Shown here one piece after another: positions 24,395 to 38,900 of a stretch of DNA of 64,000 nt. Location: the NCBI RefSeq assembly GCF_024521635.1, contig NW_026250419.1, positions 248,001 to 312,000 of the forward strand, read 5' to 3'. Position numbers and translations under genes: made by a program. Within the stretch, counting starts at the first letter, position 1. Every line of letters begins with the position of its first letter. The stretch comes from Tricharina praecox. Its lineage: Eukaryota. A model generated the notes under the pieces. The model did not search any database. It saw only the letters and a list, made by a program, of their open reading frames with translations, and had not been told where the DNA came from.

Positions 24395-26296
24395 GTTGTC
24401 CATCTGGACATTGATTTTTGCTTTTCGGCCTTTTTGGTTTTGTTTTGCACGTGTACGGTGTTTCTTGGGCGTTGGCGTCGTGGAAAGCTGTAGGTGACTA
24501 CCCTCACCACCTCAAGTCTAGATCACGGGGGATGGTGAGAGGGGGTGTCTCGCAAGAAGCGAGTGCGCAGCCCCCTAGCGACTACGACGGTGACGACGCC
24601 TCGAACATGACGAACCCCGCCTTGCAGCCTGCTGGCGTGTGTATGTGGGTAGTTCGGGCGTACCATAGCAATCGGGCTCCTCGTCCGCCCAGCGAGCGTT
24701 CCAACGGTGATTCGGCCCTGCACCCTTACCCCCCACACATCAAGTTTCCAACCGACCCCCACGGACACACGGGATCGGGATCGACAACCCCTCACGGCCG
24801 CCGAAGACCCCCACCCCACCCGACAACCGGGGGGGTAGAGCCGATCGAACCTACCGATCCAGACCCTGTCGGCCGTTGTGAACTCCACGCCGACCGGCCC
24901 GACGTCCTCTGCACCCGGTTCCAAGCCCGGTTCCAAGCCCGGTTCCAAGCCCGCGTCCACCGGTCCAGTCCGGCACTTGGAATAACGGATCGTCGCCCGG
25001 CCGGGCTGCTGCCACCGCTCGTGCTCGTGCTCGTGCTCGCTATCGCCGTGTCAATGCTGCTGGCCACCAAAAGTATGACTCTACCTCTGTGGAACGGCGG
25101 GCGTGTGATGGGTGAGACCTTGTGATGCTGAAGCTGACGCTGTTCACGGGCGGCATGAGGTATGATCCAGTGGTTTACGTAAACCCCAAGCTGGTTACCA
25201 CTTTCGAGTGACTCGGTGGCTCGGTGGATCTGCTCGGCTGAGCTGGTATGTAGCCCCGTATGTAAGCCAAAGTCTGGCCGGGGCCGCCAGCCTTACGTCC
25301 TCCGTCCCCCCATCCATCCTGTCGTCAGTCGTCACTGCCGGAATCGTCACGCACCAACTTCGTCCCATCCCACGAACTTTCCTTTTTTTCCTGCAGTTAG
25401 CTACATACCGAAGTATGTACGACTGGGTTAGACGAGATCATTGGATTTCACGATGGACTGCTGTGGCCGAACGGCACGCATCCACCCGTTCCGCATCCTG
25501 TGCATCCCGTGCATCACGTGCATCACTCGACCGACCTCGACCGACCGACACACACATCACGAACACATCACGAGAATACCAAGATGTAGGCAAGTCCAAA
25601 AAAATAAGGTTCCAAAGTCCCCCGTGTAATTATAATACATACAATCGGCGACAAACCTTCCATCCCCCCTCATCCATAAAAACAGAACAGATCGACTCAA
25701 CTTAGTAAGCAAGCAGCAGCACGCAACCTGGCTATGCAAAACAGGAAGCAGGAGCAAGGGAAGAAAAAAGGAAAAATTCCCAACCCAACCAACGATCGAA
25801 AGCAAAAAGCAAAAAAACAAAACAACCGAATGCGAGGGGAGGAAAAAAAAGAGCAACGCTCCGGGCAGAAGAAAATAAAATAAAAAACAAAAAAATATAT
25901 GATGAAGAGCAAAACGATGCGAATGATCGAGGCAACACGATAACCGTTGAAAGCATGCATGCGGAAAAAGAAACCGACCCTCCTCCAGTTCCCCCAACCC
26001 CGACCCACCAACCAAAAACAAAGCACCGAAATCGCCAAAAAAATTGAAGACAACCAAAGGTAGAAAGGAAACGGTGTGAATAAAAAAGAAAGAAGAAATA
26101 AACAGAAACCTCGGTTCAATGCCATGTACAGACCACCGCACCACCGACACCATCTTCCGAATGTGCAATTCACTCCCCCTCCGTTTGCTCGGTCGTCTAT
26201 GTGTCTCCTCTTGTACTTTGTTCGTGATCGTCCCGGTCATTATCGCATAAGTCTTCGTAGAATCCGTGGTCCGTTCTCAGTAGAAGTAGTACCGTC

Positions 26297-29200
26297 TTAG
26301 GTCGATACTTCGCCGAGATCCTCCAGCAAGTCCCATCCCGACCCGATATCATCCCGCTGATCCTCCCTGCTCATGTATCCATCCTCGCCTCTCTCCGTCC
26401 ATTCCGACCCTTTAACTTCCTTCCAGATGCTGCGTATGTACATCTGCAGGGACCTCAGCCCACGAAGATACCCCTTATCAATCCCGTGTCGATCCTTAGG
26501 CGGACACGTGGCTGTCTCCGGGAGCGCATCTTCAGCGGTGACGCAGTTGGCAAAGTCCACAATCTTAAGGTCAATTGTGCGGTCCTTATCCTGACCGTCA
26601 TAAAGGACAAGCAAGCTACTGGCGTAGAATCTATACCCGGGCAACTGTTTGATCATCACTTCGAGAGCCTTGAGCTTCACAAGAATGGTGGGGATGTGAC
26701 GCAGGATTGACGAGTCGTCCTTTCCATCCGACAGAAACCGAGTGAGCGCACTCTGGAACTCGCGGCCCGCCTTCAAGTCTCGTCCAAAGTACTTGTCCTC
26801 GAACATGTATGTCTGAGTTTTGGCGTTCCACACCTGCATGCCGCAGACACGGACTCCAAGTTCGCGGGATGTTGTACCCGCACACTTTCTCGCCTGTGAC
26901 TTGCGCTTCTTCTCCGAAGCTTCGACACCGTACTGTCTGGTTCCCATCTTGAGATCCAGAACACAGGGCGACTTCATACCGGCAGTGAGATCCTCCAAAA
27001 GCAAGAAGAGCTCAACCCGTTCTTTGGGTTGTTCACCGGGAGCTGGCGCACCGGCATCCTTGCGTGACCCCGCGTTGGGTGTGGACGCGGCCCTCGTCAT
27101 GCATCGTTCCGCCCACGACCCTTTCTTAATCTGCGGATCTTCGTCCATCCTAAAGACTTCATCCTCTCGATCTCCACCGTATCCATCGTCCTCCATCCCG
27201 AATTCATTGGGTGTCGGAACACTCAGGCGATCCCTCCTTCTAGGTATGCTGCCGGATCGGGCTCGGGGTCGCGACTTTGGCACTGGGGTGGCTTGACCCT
27301 CGGTGGTCGCAGGGCTATCTCGTGCGCTATTCTCCTCGTCATCGACCGGAAGTTGTCCTTTGGAAAGACTCCGCAGATCGGTACTCGATGCGTATCGCCG
27401 TTCGACATCCCCACGCAGCATCCTCAATCTCGGATCCTCCGGATTACTATCCGATCGAGACGGCCCTGGTCCGACGTCGGTGTTGCTCCTGTGGAAGTCG
27501 GTAACCCTAGCCGAATCCAGATTGGCTACCGAGCCTCGCCGCTTCTGAGGGTTGTAGCCAGAACGAGTCCGCTGGTGATGGTGATGGTGATGGTGATGAC
27601 GGTGGGCCGGAGGCGGTGAGAACACCTCTCTCAGGACCTGCTCTTGCAATTTCCGGTTGATGACGGTAGCCCCCCAACTAGAGTGCTTCTTCTTGGTGGG
27701 GCGTGGCAACGAGGCCTCATCGCCTGTACTCATCCCACTGTCGTCTGTACCGGTCTTCTTATCGTCTCCCGATGCCATCGAATCCTCAAGTCGAGATGGT
27801 GAAGGGGCACTCGTCGAGACTCGGAACAGATTATCGGGAATGATGTGTCGGTTTTGTTCCAAGACAACCTGTGGTAAAGGCGGTCCGAAAGAGATAGCCC
27901 CATCATCACGTCTTGTAGCGTCCGATCCGTCTTCCAGTTTGACTGAGGGAACCGGTTCCGTTGTGCCGTTCGATAAAGCCTCGCCGTCTTTCTTGGACAG
28001 CTTCTTTTTCTTGGTCTTCCACGTCACATTGAGGACTCCAATATACCTGTAGCCAGTTTAGCATCGGACGGTGGAAATATTAGATGGGGGGAAGGGGAAT
28101 GTGGATGATGTACCTGGGCAGAAACTTGAGAAGCTCGGGATGTCTAGTCTCTATTGCCTCGTAAAATTCATTTTCGCGGTTGCTTAAACTCTTGCAGACC
28201 GCCTTCTTTGAGAACCTGAATAACGCAGTGTGCCCACCGACTTGGTGCTTGTAGGGCTTCAGTTCAACCGCACCGAGAGGAGGAGCGTTATTGTTGTTGG
28301 CACCGTCATGGCGGTCCTTGGCCCGGGGAACAGGAACGGTCTTTCGAGAAGTAGGTGTGACGACGTCGATGTCCGAATCCTCCACAACACTCCTCTCGAT
28401 ATCGTCGGTTGAGGATTCGTAAAAGTCAGAATTATCTGAGAATTCGGATACTACGGACGACGCAGCCGATGCGTAGTTGTAGTTGTGGCTGTCGTCCTCG
28501 GAAACGGAAACGCGCCGCCTCCTCTTGCCATCACGGTGGTAAAGTACTTCGTCATCTTCGTTCCGGATGGATAGGTCCACTTTGGAAGAGTTGACAGCGT
28601 GCTGAGAGTATACGCGTGGTCGGTTATCTCCTTCCACGGTATCGGCGTGTCGTTGAAACGGATTATCCAAAGAGGCTTCAGATGGCCTGGTGCTCGGGAT
28701 CGTCGAAGAGGATGGGACGCGAGTGATGGAGGGTGTTGTGTGAGGGAAATAAACGGCCGACGAGATTTCGTCCTCGCCTTCCTCTTCGTCATGATCGGAT
28801 GCAGTGTGGTCAGACGTACTGTGATCGTGATCATCGTGTGCAAGCACGGTGTGATCTGAACCTTCGTCCCCTTCCTCATCAGCCTTCCTCGAGGGTCGAC
28901 GACCATCAACCACGGTGGACGTGCAGGATGAAGCAACAGACTCGATCTGCGATTCCGGCGAACGGGAACTTGCGTCACCTTCGTGATACCCGGAATCAGC
29001 CAGACCCTCGCACGGTGTCTGGAGAGACTTTAATCTCCCGTCCACCGCATCTAGCGAATCTGCAGTTATGCTTCGCACAGGTGGGAGGGGAGGAGAAGAG
29101 GAAGGTCTCGAGACAGTAAATGCAACAGACCTCGAGGAGTCATCACCCGGAACGGCGTCGAGAGAAGTGACATCACGAGATGATGGAGGATTTCTATCAT

Positions 29201-30320
29201 CTTTCGTACGCGAAACTGAGACGGAATCAGAACAGAGAACCTTCTCCTTATTTTTTTCGGCTGGCGCCGACTGCAAGGGATTGAGAGCAACGTCTTCGAT
29301 GATACCTTTCGCAGCCGATTCCTTTGCTTTCTCATTCTCTCTGTTTCGTCGTTTCTCGAACCGATCCTTCTCTTTCTCTCTCTCCTTCTCCTCACGTCGC
29401 TGCCTCTCTCGTCCCCGCTCCTCGATAGCCTTGTTATTTTCCTTAAACAAGCCCAATAGTTGGGTTCCTTTCCTACTGCGAGAGCTGCTCTCACTAGCCA
29501 TAACAGCAGAAATAGATTCCGGTCCATCCATGACATCACTGTCGATCTCTCCGCATTCGGAAACATGTGTCGCATCGCCTTCTCGAGGGATATCATGGTT
29601 GGTGTTGTTAATGCTGTTAATGTTGCTGTTGTTGCAGCGGTCCGTGGGGCGCTCATGACGATTGCTAGCGCCGTTGGATTGAAATCGGGTGGGCCAATTC
29701 ACTGTCTTTCCGAGCAAGCTGTGTGCCGTAGCTATGCGGTTGCGGTCCTCCGGACGGATATCTCTGGCAGAGAGCGGAGTGGAAGGACGCTCGATCGGGC
29801 TCTCGGCTGGACTTATGTAAGGAGGCAGTTGAGCTGGGAAGTCGTGCTCATTGACGCCGACGCCGCCAACGCCACCGGGGTAGTCGTTAGAGGGATCGGA
29901 ACCGTGAAGGGTGAAGGTGCGTAGGGGGCCCGACGGATGGTATTTCCAGGGGCGAGGGAAAGGGTGCCAACGGGGTTCCTCTTTAATAGGTGATGTGGAT
30001 GTAGTAGTAGTCTTTGCCTCATAGCTTCGCGACGACAACGAGGGCGAAGAAGATGACGACGACAGAGTGCGTTTTGCTGGTGGAGGGAGGGAATATAATG
30101 GAGTGTGTGATTCTAAAGAGGCCTGTGATTGAGGGATGATGGCGGTAGTGGTCGTGGTCGTGGTGGTTGCAGAGTCTCCAGTCGCGGTAGTGGCGATTGA
30201 AGACGGAGTCGATGACCCAAGCACGGGCGACGTGTAAGATCGAACGAGTGTAGAGTGGCCAGCCGGGTTGTTGCTGTTTTCCTTGGAAGGAAGGGGGGAA
30301 TCATAAAACGGGGCTGGCAT
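26297..30320 (-). CDS. KCS1: Inositol hexakisphosphate / inositol pyrophosphate kinase (Kcs1-type), ~1318 aa
   Basis: Exons 30320-28114 and 28046-26297. AVELKPYKHQVGGH...ENEFYE...FLPRYIGVLNV N-lobe; LLLEDLT...PCVLDLKMGTRQYG (PxxxDxKxG), SSLL and IVDFA kinase motifs; long disordered N-terminus typical of fungal Kcs1. Confidence 0.93.
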
Positions 30321-33300
30321 GAGGAGTCATTGAAGCCAGCTGGAAGCCAGAATAACCAGTGGGATCGGGGTATAGGTATACGATGTTATCGCCAGAGAGA
30401 TAACGTAGGCTTTTTTTCTGGAGGGGGGGTGGGAATAGGAAGGGGCCTGATAGTAAGTCTAATGTGTGTGCAGCAGGCGGCAATAGTTTCTTGCGGTGGC
30501 CGCGTTTAATTGAAATTCCCGCTTTAGGGAGGGTTGTAGTTTGATGGTAAAGAGGAGGATTGTGGTGGTGGTGGGTGGTGGTTGTCGTGGTTTAGGTGCG
30601 AGAGAGATGGTTTAGGTGAGAGAAAGAGATGTTGCTTGGGCGGCGGATGTTATTGCTGTCTGGCTGACCAGGCGAGATTGGGAGGGAAGGAAGAAGGCGT
30701 TAGGGAGTTGTTGTTAGCGTGATTTGGGTTACTAGCTGGCTCGGAGGGAGTGTCAACTGTCGAGGGGTTTTGTGTTTCCGTTGTCACTGTTGGCACTTGA
30801 AAGCTACTATGGCGACTCTACTCTAGAAAGAGAGTCGACTTCTATGTTAGGTTCGTATAACCCAGATAGAATACGATACGGAGAGCTGAATAGACGCGAA
30901 GAAAAAAGAAAGAAAATTACATCTCCGGAGGGGAAAGCGTGAGTTGGGAGGGTTGCAACTTGGTGGAGGGAAAGAACCGGAGGTGAAACCGCCAAAGGAA
31001 ATAATCCCGATCCGGCATAACTCGGTGAACGATGCTGGATGGCTGCTGATGCTGATGGAGGATGACTTCGAGGAATCAGGATGCCGACCCTAACCATATC
31101 CAAGCAGATGTCCGTTGTACCCGGGGCAATTATTTGGAAAATGACGGCGGAGTGAGGACCTGCCATGCAGGCTTTACGTACGTACATTCTGCTGTGTCGA
31201 TGAATGATCTGAACCATCCGGTCCATCGAGATGGAGATGTCGGTATGTACTTTCCTATGTATGTACGTGTTTCTGTCCGGACCACTGAGTAAGGGGATAG
31301 CTACATAGTTGGGTATTTACATATGTCGAGTGCGTCTTCGTCAATGGAGAGGTGAAGGGGGAGGGAGTATCATACCTTCTACCGCCTGATGGGGGGGCGA
31401 TAACTCCTACCTACACCCACCCACCCACTACCCGCACACATGTACCGGTCGATTCGTATCTGTTGTACCTATCGTCCGGAAAATCCTCTAGCGAGATCTA
31501 CCCAAACAAGAGCTCCCTCGCAGCAAACGAGCCACGATTGGGCGATTCTATTGGGCGAATCGAAGGTGTTTCTCAAGCTTTCGGCGATGCAGCGTGCAGA
31601 GTAGCTGCTGCACCTCCAAGAAAAATTTAAAAAAGAACAACAACAATAATTCCTCTTATCTGCCGATCCTCCCGACAAAACTCCCAACCACGGCCGTGCA
31701 TGATGCACACGGTGCTCCACGATGATGGATGTATGGTTGGATCCGAACTACCCAGGTAGTAAGCTAGCCATACATGTTCCCAAGTTCAGCTCCCCTCTCT
31801 CCCTCCCCTTTTTTACACTTTTAACTGTCCACGGGGTAGGTATGGTGGATCGAGTACTTGGAGCGGAGTGCCCGAACACAACAGCAGCAGCACCACCACA
31901 GGCCAGCGTTCATATCGTAGTGAAGTCGACTGGCGCATAGCATGGGCAATGGCATTCGGGATGAGACAGTGACGGACCGGCACCATTTGCTTACGAGTTT
32001 GCCAGATACCCACCCACCTTCGGTATGTACTCTACGTACTAAAGTACATAGTACCTAAGCAAGCCGTAGAACAACGCCGGCACAAAGTACCGTATTGTGG
32101 GTGGCTTTCGGTGGTGGGAATCCCGTCAGCTGCACCGTCTCCGCTCCAACCGTCACCGGCCGCGAGAAGAGGGAAAGAGCCAGCCAGCCCATCCAGCAGA
32201 CCCGGAAGAAAGCTTTGGAGGGCAGCATGATTGGTGTCATGGCATATCACGCTCACCATTACCTACCTATCATACCTACATACAAGACGAACCACCGCCA
32301 CCCTACGGTACACTACTGAAATGGCGGTCCTACAGTACTTGCTGGCTGGATAGTGGTTTTTAACCATGTGCTCCGATCCTACGGTACTCTATGGATCCTC
32401 TTTCATCTCTTGCGGTTGTTGGGCAAAGGGAGATACCGGTATGATTTCCAACGAGAGCGCCCAGATTGCTAAGCCTAACCATGCCCCCAGAACATTTTTC
32501 ACTCGTCTGCAAGTACATATGATACCTACTATATTACTGTGGTTGTACTCTAGAGTAGGTACTATACAGCACTCTCCAGAGTCCAGAGTATCGTGAACGC
32601 CACCCATGGCCAGCCCACGTTCACGGCTCAATTGGAAACAAAGCACAAGGTGGCCCAGCCCGGCGCCGATAACCATCGTAAAGCTCCGCTCCAAAACGTG
32701 GGCTGGATCGTTGGTCTTGTGAGCTTCATCGGTCCGAGCGCCTGCTCCAGTGCTAAATGCCCTTACCGGTCATGACACCAACTCAGGTGCGCGCACGCCC
32801 AACCACTAGCACGCGCGATTGGGCCGATCGAAACCCCACCACCTCCTCGGACCTTCTCCTCCAAGTTCCAACCAGAAGCTCAGCCAACCGACGGAACCCA
32901 TGCCAACCCATGCCAACCCCAGAACCAACCCCAACACGTGGAACACGCCGAACTCGGTGGCGTCCCGCTGTTGGGCCCCCCGTCCGTTGCTAGCCTCACC
33001 AACAACACTACCATCACCACCATCACCACCATCACTTCCACTGGTTCGAATCGCCAATAAACTAGTTGCAGTACCCAAGTATCTAGCTGAGGTTGACTAC
33101 TATATTCAGAAGTGTGGGGTGGCCGAGGCCGTCAGATGTATGATGCTTCCTGCTTTTCGGCGTGATCGTAAGAAATCGTTAGAGTACTAGTAGGTAGTGT
33201 GAATTTACAGATCACTCGTGAGCACTCACCGTTGTAGGGGAATAGGCACTTGCCTACTAGTAGTCCCGATCCCCAGATGGCGGGCATCCCCCCCAGAGTT

Positions 33301-35919
33301 CTCATTCTGCCGAGGCGCCGACGAACACATGTCCCTTGGGACTGGGAAGGAATGCAACAGTCTCTCACTTCTTCGGGCTCGAACGAATTGGATGGAGCTC
33401 ACACACACGTGCAAATCTTCCTGGGCAAACCTCCATCCACTCGAGCATCAAGTCTCTTGGATCCTCAGCCGGCAATACGGTAGGTATAGGTATAGTAATA
33501 CCGTACGGTAACAGAGTTGTGCGCTCTGTTCATCCATCGCCCACATCAGCACGGAAGATTCAACGAGCAAGCCTCCTAAGTTCGTACATACAAAGGCAGC
33601 TCGACGAAGAAATCTTCAATCAAGACTCACCTGGCCACGCCGGATGCACGGCCTCATCCACTGTAGGTGCCTACTTACTTGAGTAATCCTCCCAGACCGC
33701 AAGGACGGATTCCAGCATCAGCATCAGCATCAGCCTCAGCACCAGCACCAGCATCTCCACATTTCCCAATGGGACGATAACTACATTCTACATATGATAT
33801 GTCAAAAAACCCGCAGAGTCAGCGCGGAAACTAATGCTGCAGGTACCCACCGCACCCCTCGTGTGATTGGCCCATCCCAAGCCTCTTCCCCACCCCACCT
33901 TAAAACGGCCGCGGGCGTGTTCGTACCGAATTTTCCTCTGGCCCCCCTCCAGACGTGGGAGCCGGATGACTTTTAATTGGTCCGTTGCAAAGGTGTGGGT
34001 GTGCCCGCAGCTCTGTCTCACTATTCAGCTCAGGTTCGCATTCGTTCCTCAAGGAAGCCTGGGACGCGCACGCCACACACATACACATATACACTCGCGC
34101 ACGCACACACATTCGCTCACTCGCTCACTCTCACGCACACACATATAGAGTGACAAGCGCGCGTCTCATCGGTGGAGCAGAATACTCCACATAGATAGAG
34201 TACTTCTCCATGCTCGCACTATCTCTCGGCCCCAGTACTCTGCACGCTCTACCCAAATCCCGACCGACCTCCCGAGCGACCGAGCGACCGACCGAAAGGC
34301 CGACAGGCCAGCTCAGCATCCGCAAGCATCCATCCATCGATCCTTATCGTCACGATAACGGCACATTCACGCACCCACGCACCCATCCCTCCCTCCCATC
34401 CCTCCATCCCTCCATCCACCTATCCATCCTGACGATGCCGGTAGTTCAGGTTCCGCATAGATACGCGGCACGCCTGGCCGGAAACATTCATGCTGCTTCC
34501 CCGGCCACCCGCATGAATATGGGACAAACGATGCCGGTGCGGTGGAGCAAGAAAAAAATAGAAGCAGTCGGCCGGACTATCCGTGCATGTAGGTGAGAGT
34601 GCGAACCATACACATCCATTATACTTACTTGAGCTCACACACACACACACATTCACATACACGCCCCCCTCCTCCTCTCCCTCTTCTTTTGCTTTAGGCT
34701 TTCCCTCGTACATGGAGTAGATTATATGATTACATATCCAGTCCGGTTATGTAAGTAAGAAGTACTCCAATACCTACTCGAGTATCGATACAGGGTATCA
34801 TGTTGGCGGAGATGGAACCGTACACACCTACAAGAGCGATTCGTAATGTAAGTACATTCTTACTATTTACAGACAGTCCCATTCGAAGCCTTATTGACGA
34901 TTGCGCGGCTCCGTCATCCCCGCTTACGTATTAGCACTGGGCAGTGGTTGTAACTTGTATCCGAAAGAGCTGCTATGTAATATAGAGTACATCTTATGCA
35001 CCTTTTTGTTTCTTTGTTTTACCAAACTCGTACAATGTATCCAGCCTATAAGCAACTGTGAACGGCGGGCCGTGGGCGTTCTGTCCATGGTCTTGTCACG
35101 ACCATACGAGGGATATACATGTGTATATGTGTACCTCGACCAGGTAGCTTCTAGCCAATGCTCTAATCCCAAGAGTAGGCATGTTTCGTCGAGTGATAGG
35201 TATGTGAAATATCGGTACCATACATACGCGCAGCCGCCGGTCGGGAGTGTTTAGGTAACTACAGGGTTTCGTTTTGCGTCGTCGTGGGTTGTGGGTTGTG
35301 GGTTGTGGGTTGTTATCGCTGCCATTGTGAGGGGAGTGGGTGGGTGAAGGGGGCTTCACGGGAGGACGCACAAGTGCCTCACGTTCCTATTCCCACAGTC
35401 CAACTCCACCGAGCTCAGGCGGCACGGCAAGGTCATGCGCTGGGAGTCTGGAGCCTGGAGTCTGGAGCCAATATCTACCAAGTACCTACCCTCCGATGGA
35501 CGAACACCGGTCGGTGCGACGGTGAAGTTGTTTCGCCTCGGCCACGTTAGTTGTCGAGTTTGTTCCTGTCTGGCGGTGGGTGGGTATGAAGTCGGGTAGG
35601 TATGCACACCGGTACCTACCAGACCTACCGATTCGGACGGACATCCGGCGTCGAAACTTACTCTACTATTTCCGCCGAAGGCCCAGCGGACTGACTGGCT
35701 GACCGGCGTGCACGTTCCCGTTCACGTGCCGCTCCATGGAGCCGTGCCCGCGTGGGTACCGTACATGGGTTTGCTGGCACATACATACGGAGGTGATATG
35801 CCCGCGTGCTGAGCCGATGGCACACGTACCGTACCGTACCGTACAGCACATACCGTATATGTAGCGGAAACCTGCGTCTCGTTGCTAGTACCTACGTGTG
35901 CTGGTCCATGTGCGGGGGA

Positions 35920-35992
35920 GTATGGGGTATGGGGTATGGGGTATGGGGTATGGGGTATGGGGTATGGGGTACGGGGTATGGGGTATGGGGTA
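35920..35992. repeat. Heptamer tandem repeat (GTATGGG)x10
   Basis: Ten copies, one of them the variant GTACGGG; produces ten GGGG tracts. Confidence 0.95.
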
Positions 35993-38900
35993 GAGATGAA
36001 TGCATATGCAGCACATGCATGTTGGTGGAAGAGAGCCGGAATGTGTGCATGCACTACATATACCGGAGGGCGAGAGTCCCCGTCGGGCCGCAGCTGGACT
36101 GCAACCGGTGCTGGTGCTGGTGCTGGAAGATCGTCGATGTAGGTACGCCGGATCGATATGCAACCGTATGTATGTATCTACAGGCGGAAAATATCCGCAG
36201 CTGGTAGAGCTATGTACCTAATGAACCTATGTGCCTGCTTACCTACCTAGAAACCGTCTATCCATCCAGTATTCTCCAGACGTGACGGACGATACGTACG
36301 CATCCGCCGCCAGGCCAGACCGACGTGAGAACCCATGACCCCCTTCACCATAGATACACTAGAACTCACTCGGCGCCCACTCTCGGAAGTGAGGCGCTCG
36401 ATCCACACGACCGATCCCGCAGGCAGTGGCCCGTCGAGTTGTCGCGAGCATCTCGTCTTGCCCCACAGCCATCGACTTCGCTTCGATGTGTTCTCGTGGG
36501 CACGTGCACTGGGGCGGAGCGGGTATGTACATGCCCATGATACTGGTAAGTCTGCACATCCTCGTCTGTCTGCCTGGGCTCGAGGGTTACAGATAGAATG
36601 GAGCGTGCGTGCATATCAGCTCCTGGGCTACCTACTGATTTGCCCTGGGAAGTGGAGAGTGTGGAGAGTACCTACATACGCAGGCAGGAGCGTCTGGGAT
36701 ACGAAGATTGACGTCCGCAGACGGGTACTCCTCGATCCGATGGTGGTGATGGTGGTGATGGTGGTGATGGTGGTGATGGATGGACGGATGGAGTCTTACG
36801 TATAGGCGTACTCGTGATACACCAAACCACCGCCAGGATAGCAGGACCGGGTTGTTTACAACTTTCTCGTGTATGTATGCGTGCGTGCCCTACTAGGTAC
36901 CTACATTTCAGCTTCCGGCACATGAAACCAGCACCTCCTCCTCCCTGCCCTCCCTCCCCATTCGCCGAGACCAAAACCACAGCCAACATCCAACAGCCGA
37001 GACCACGACAAGAATTTCCCAAGAATCCAACTGTTATTCGTACGCGCGGGACTGATGGAAATATCTCAATATCTACAAAAAGCGCTCGACTCACCCCCCG
37101 AGTGAGCCACAGTGAATGAGCCACCAGCTGGCAGGCGACCCCCCTTTACTCCAACAAGATCCACTCATATAAATCTCCTTGCTCCATTCATCCATCCGCC
37201 CACCCACCCACCCACATCATTATCGACGATACGTTTCGTGTTGTATCGGTTGGAGAGTATGGCTGCTTCGTCAATGGCTAGTCCTTGGGTCACGCTCGGT
37301 TGTAGGTATGTATATCGGAAAGTTGTGACCGCGGGAATAGTGAGTGAGTACCGTACCGTAGGGCCGGTCGGTGATCATGAAGCAGTGAGTCATTGTGGCT
37401 GTGCGGACTCGTTGTTGTTTCGTGCTGGTTGGCACCGCGGGAACGACATGTGAGAGCGAACAATTTGTGTTCACCAACGGAGGGTGGGAGGGGATGAAGG
37501 TGATAATCTATGTGCGCAATGCGGCGCAGCTTGGTTTGGTGGGCGAGATTGAGGCCGAAAGCGATGACGACGACGACGGCGATGCGTACCTAATGTACTC
37601 TATGTACATACAATACTCTAATAGGTAGCGGTGTATGCAGGTACTCGATCGAGGGATGTCCGTCTGTCTGTGCGGTACTTGGTATGTACGTCAGGGGCGA
37701 AATATAGATGGGGATGGGGATGCTGGAAGCTTCGCTCTTCTCTCCCCTACGGGCGGAGTGCGGAGTGCGACGCGTCCGCTGGAGGCGGAGTGGCTCTAAA
37801 GAAAGGAGATGGATGGATGGCCGAAGCGCTCCTATGGAGGTGACGCTATGTACGGGGATTATCGCGGTACATACTGATTCGTCGGTTACCGTGTGTACGT
37901 GAGTCATCGGGATTCCGAGATCCAAAACTCGTCGGGCGGGTAGCAGAGGTTCCGTACTGGTCGAAGGGAGGGAGGTGATGTTCAAATCTCTGGGATGTCA
38001 AATCCCCAAATCTCGATTGTGGCAAACACTCGTCTAGATGGATCGATTCCGATGATGTCACTTTTCCACACGTGTCTGTAAGGCGTTTGGGGGAAGGGGT
38101 GGGGATTACATAATCGGGGCAGTCGGCCGGATTTAAAGTTTAGCGGGCCAGGACTGGGGTGGTGGAGTGGGAGGTTGCACAGACATCGACAGGGATTATC
38201 CGAGCGGCCGAGCCCGGTCGGGGCTAAATCCGGCCATCCCGAATCGGACCGGATATGGCTGTTCCCAACATCTCGGGAAATATCCATATCGATGCTATGC
38301 TGCACGGGGCAGCAACGAGAAATCCTACGATTGGCTAACTCGGGCGCGGGGATGTGCATTGTGAGGTTGCTTTGACCCCGCACGTTCGATGTCGACATTC
38401 GCTGTCATGGGGATCACTACCTACATAACCTACGGCAGCATCGTACTGCAGGTATGTAGCTATTGCCTGGCTGCGCTTCGCCAGCGCTGAGAACGGGACC
38501 GGTTTCAGATGTATGTACATACCGCCAGCGTAGGCCGACAGGACGGTCGGGGAAGCGGCGAAGGCTAGCTACCCGCGAGAATTGATGCGTGAGTCTTCTT
38601 TGAGTTCTTCTCCACCAGCGCCGGATTCGGGACACAGTCACTAAACGACGTTCGACAGCTGCGTAAGTGTGCACAGGAGTCAGACATCGATCCTGAGGCG
38701 GTTCACATGGCTTCGGGATGATCGAGGCGAAGTGGGGCGGGGTTGTACCAACCCCACCTGCCACGGTGAATGAGTCTCGAAAGTCTGGACCCTCTCAGAA
38801 GCCACTGGTTTCTTCGAGAGTTGCTGGTTACTGGCTTCTTCTTGTTCTTCTTCTTCTTCTTCGAAGGGCTCATACATTACTCACGACCTACTTATAGGTC

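Noticed and set aside
24418..25125. 235-aa ORF downstream of the tRNA
   Set aside because: Non-ATG start, low complexity, built partly from 12-bp and 6-bp tandem repeats, no recognisable motif.
31087..31095. ACCCTAACC (1.5 telomere repeats; also near 43220 and on minus near 5143-5151) as a telomerase RNA template
   Set aside because: A 9-mer alone is insufficient; I saw no pseudoknot or CR4/5-like support. An Infernal search with a fungal TER model would settle it.
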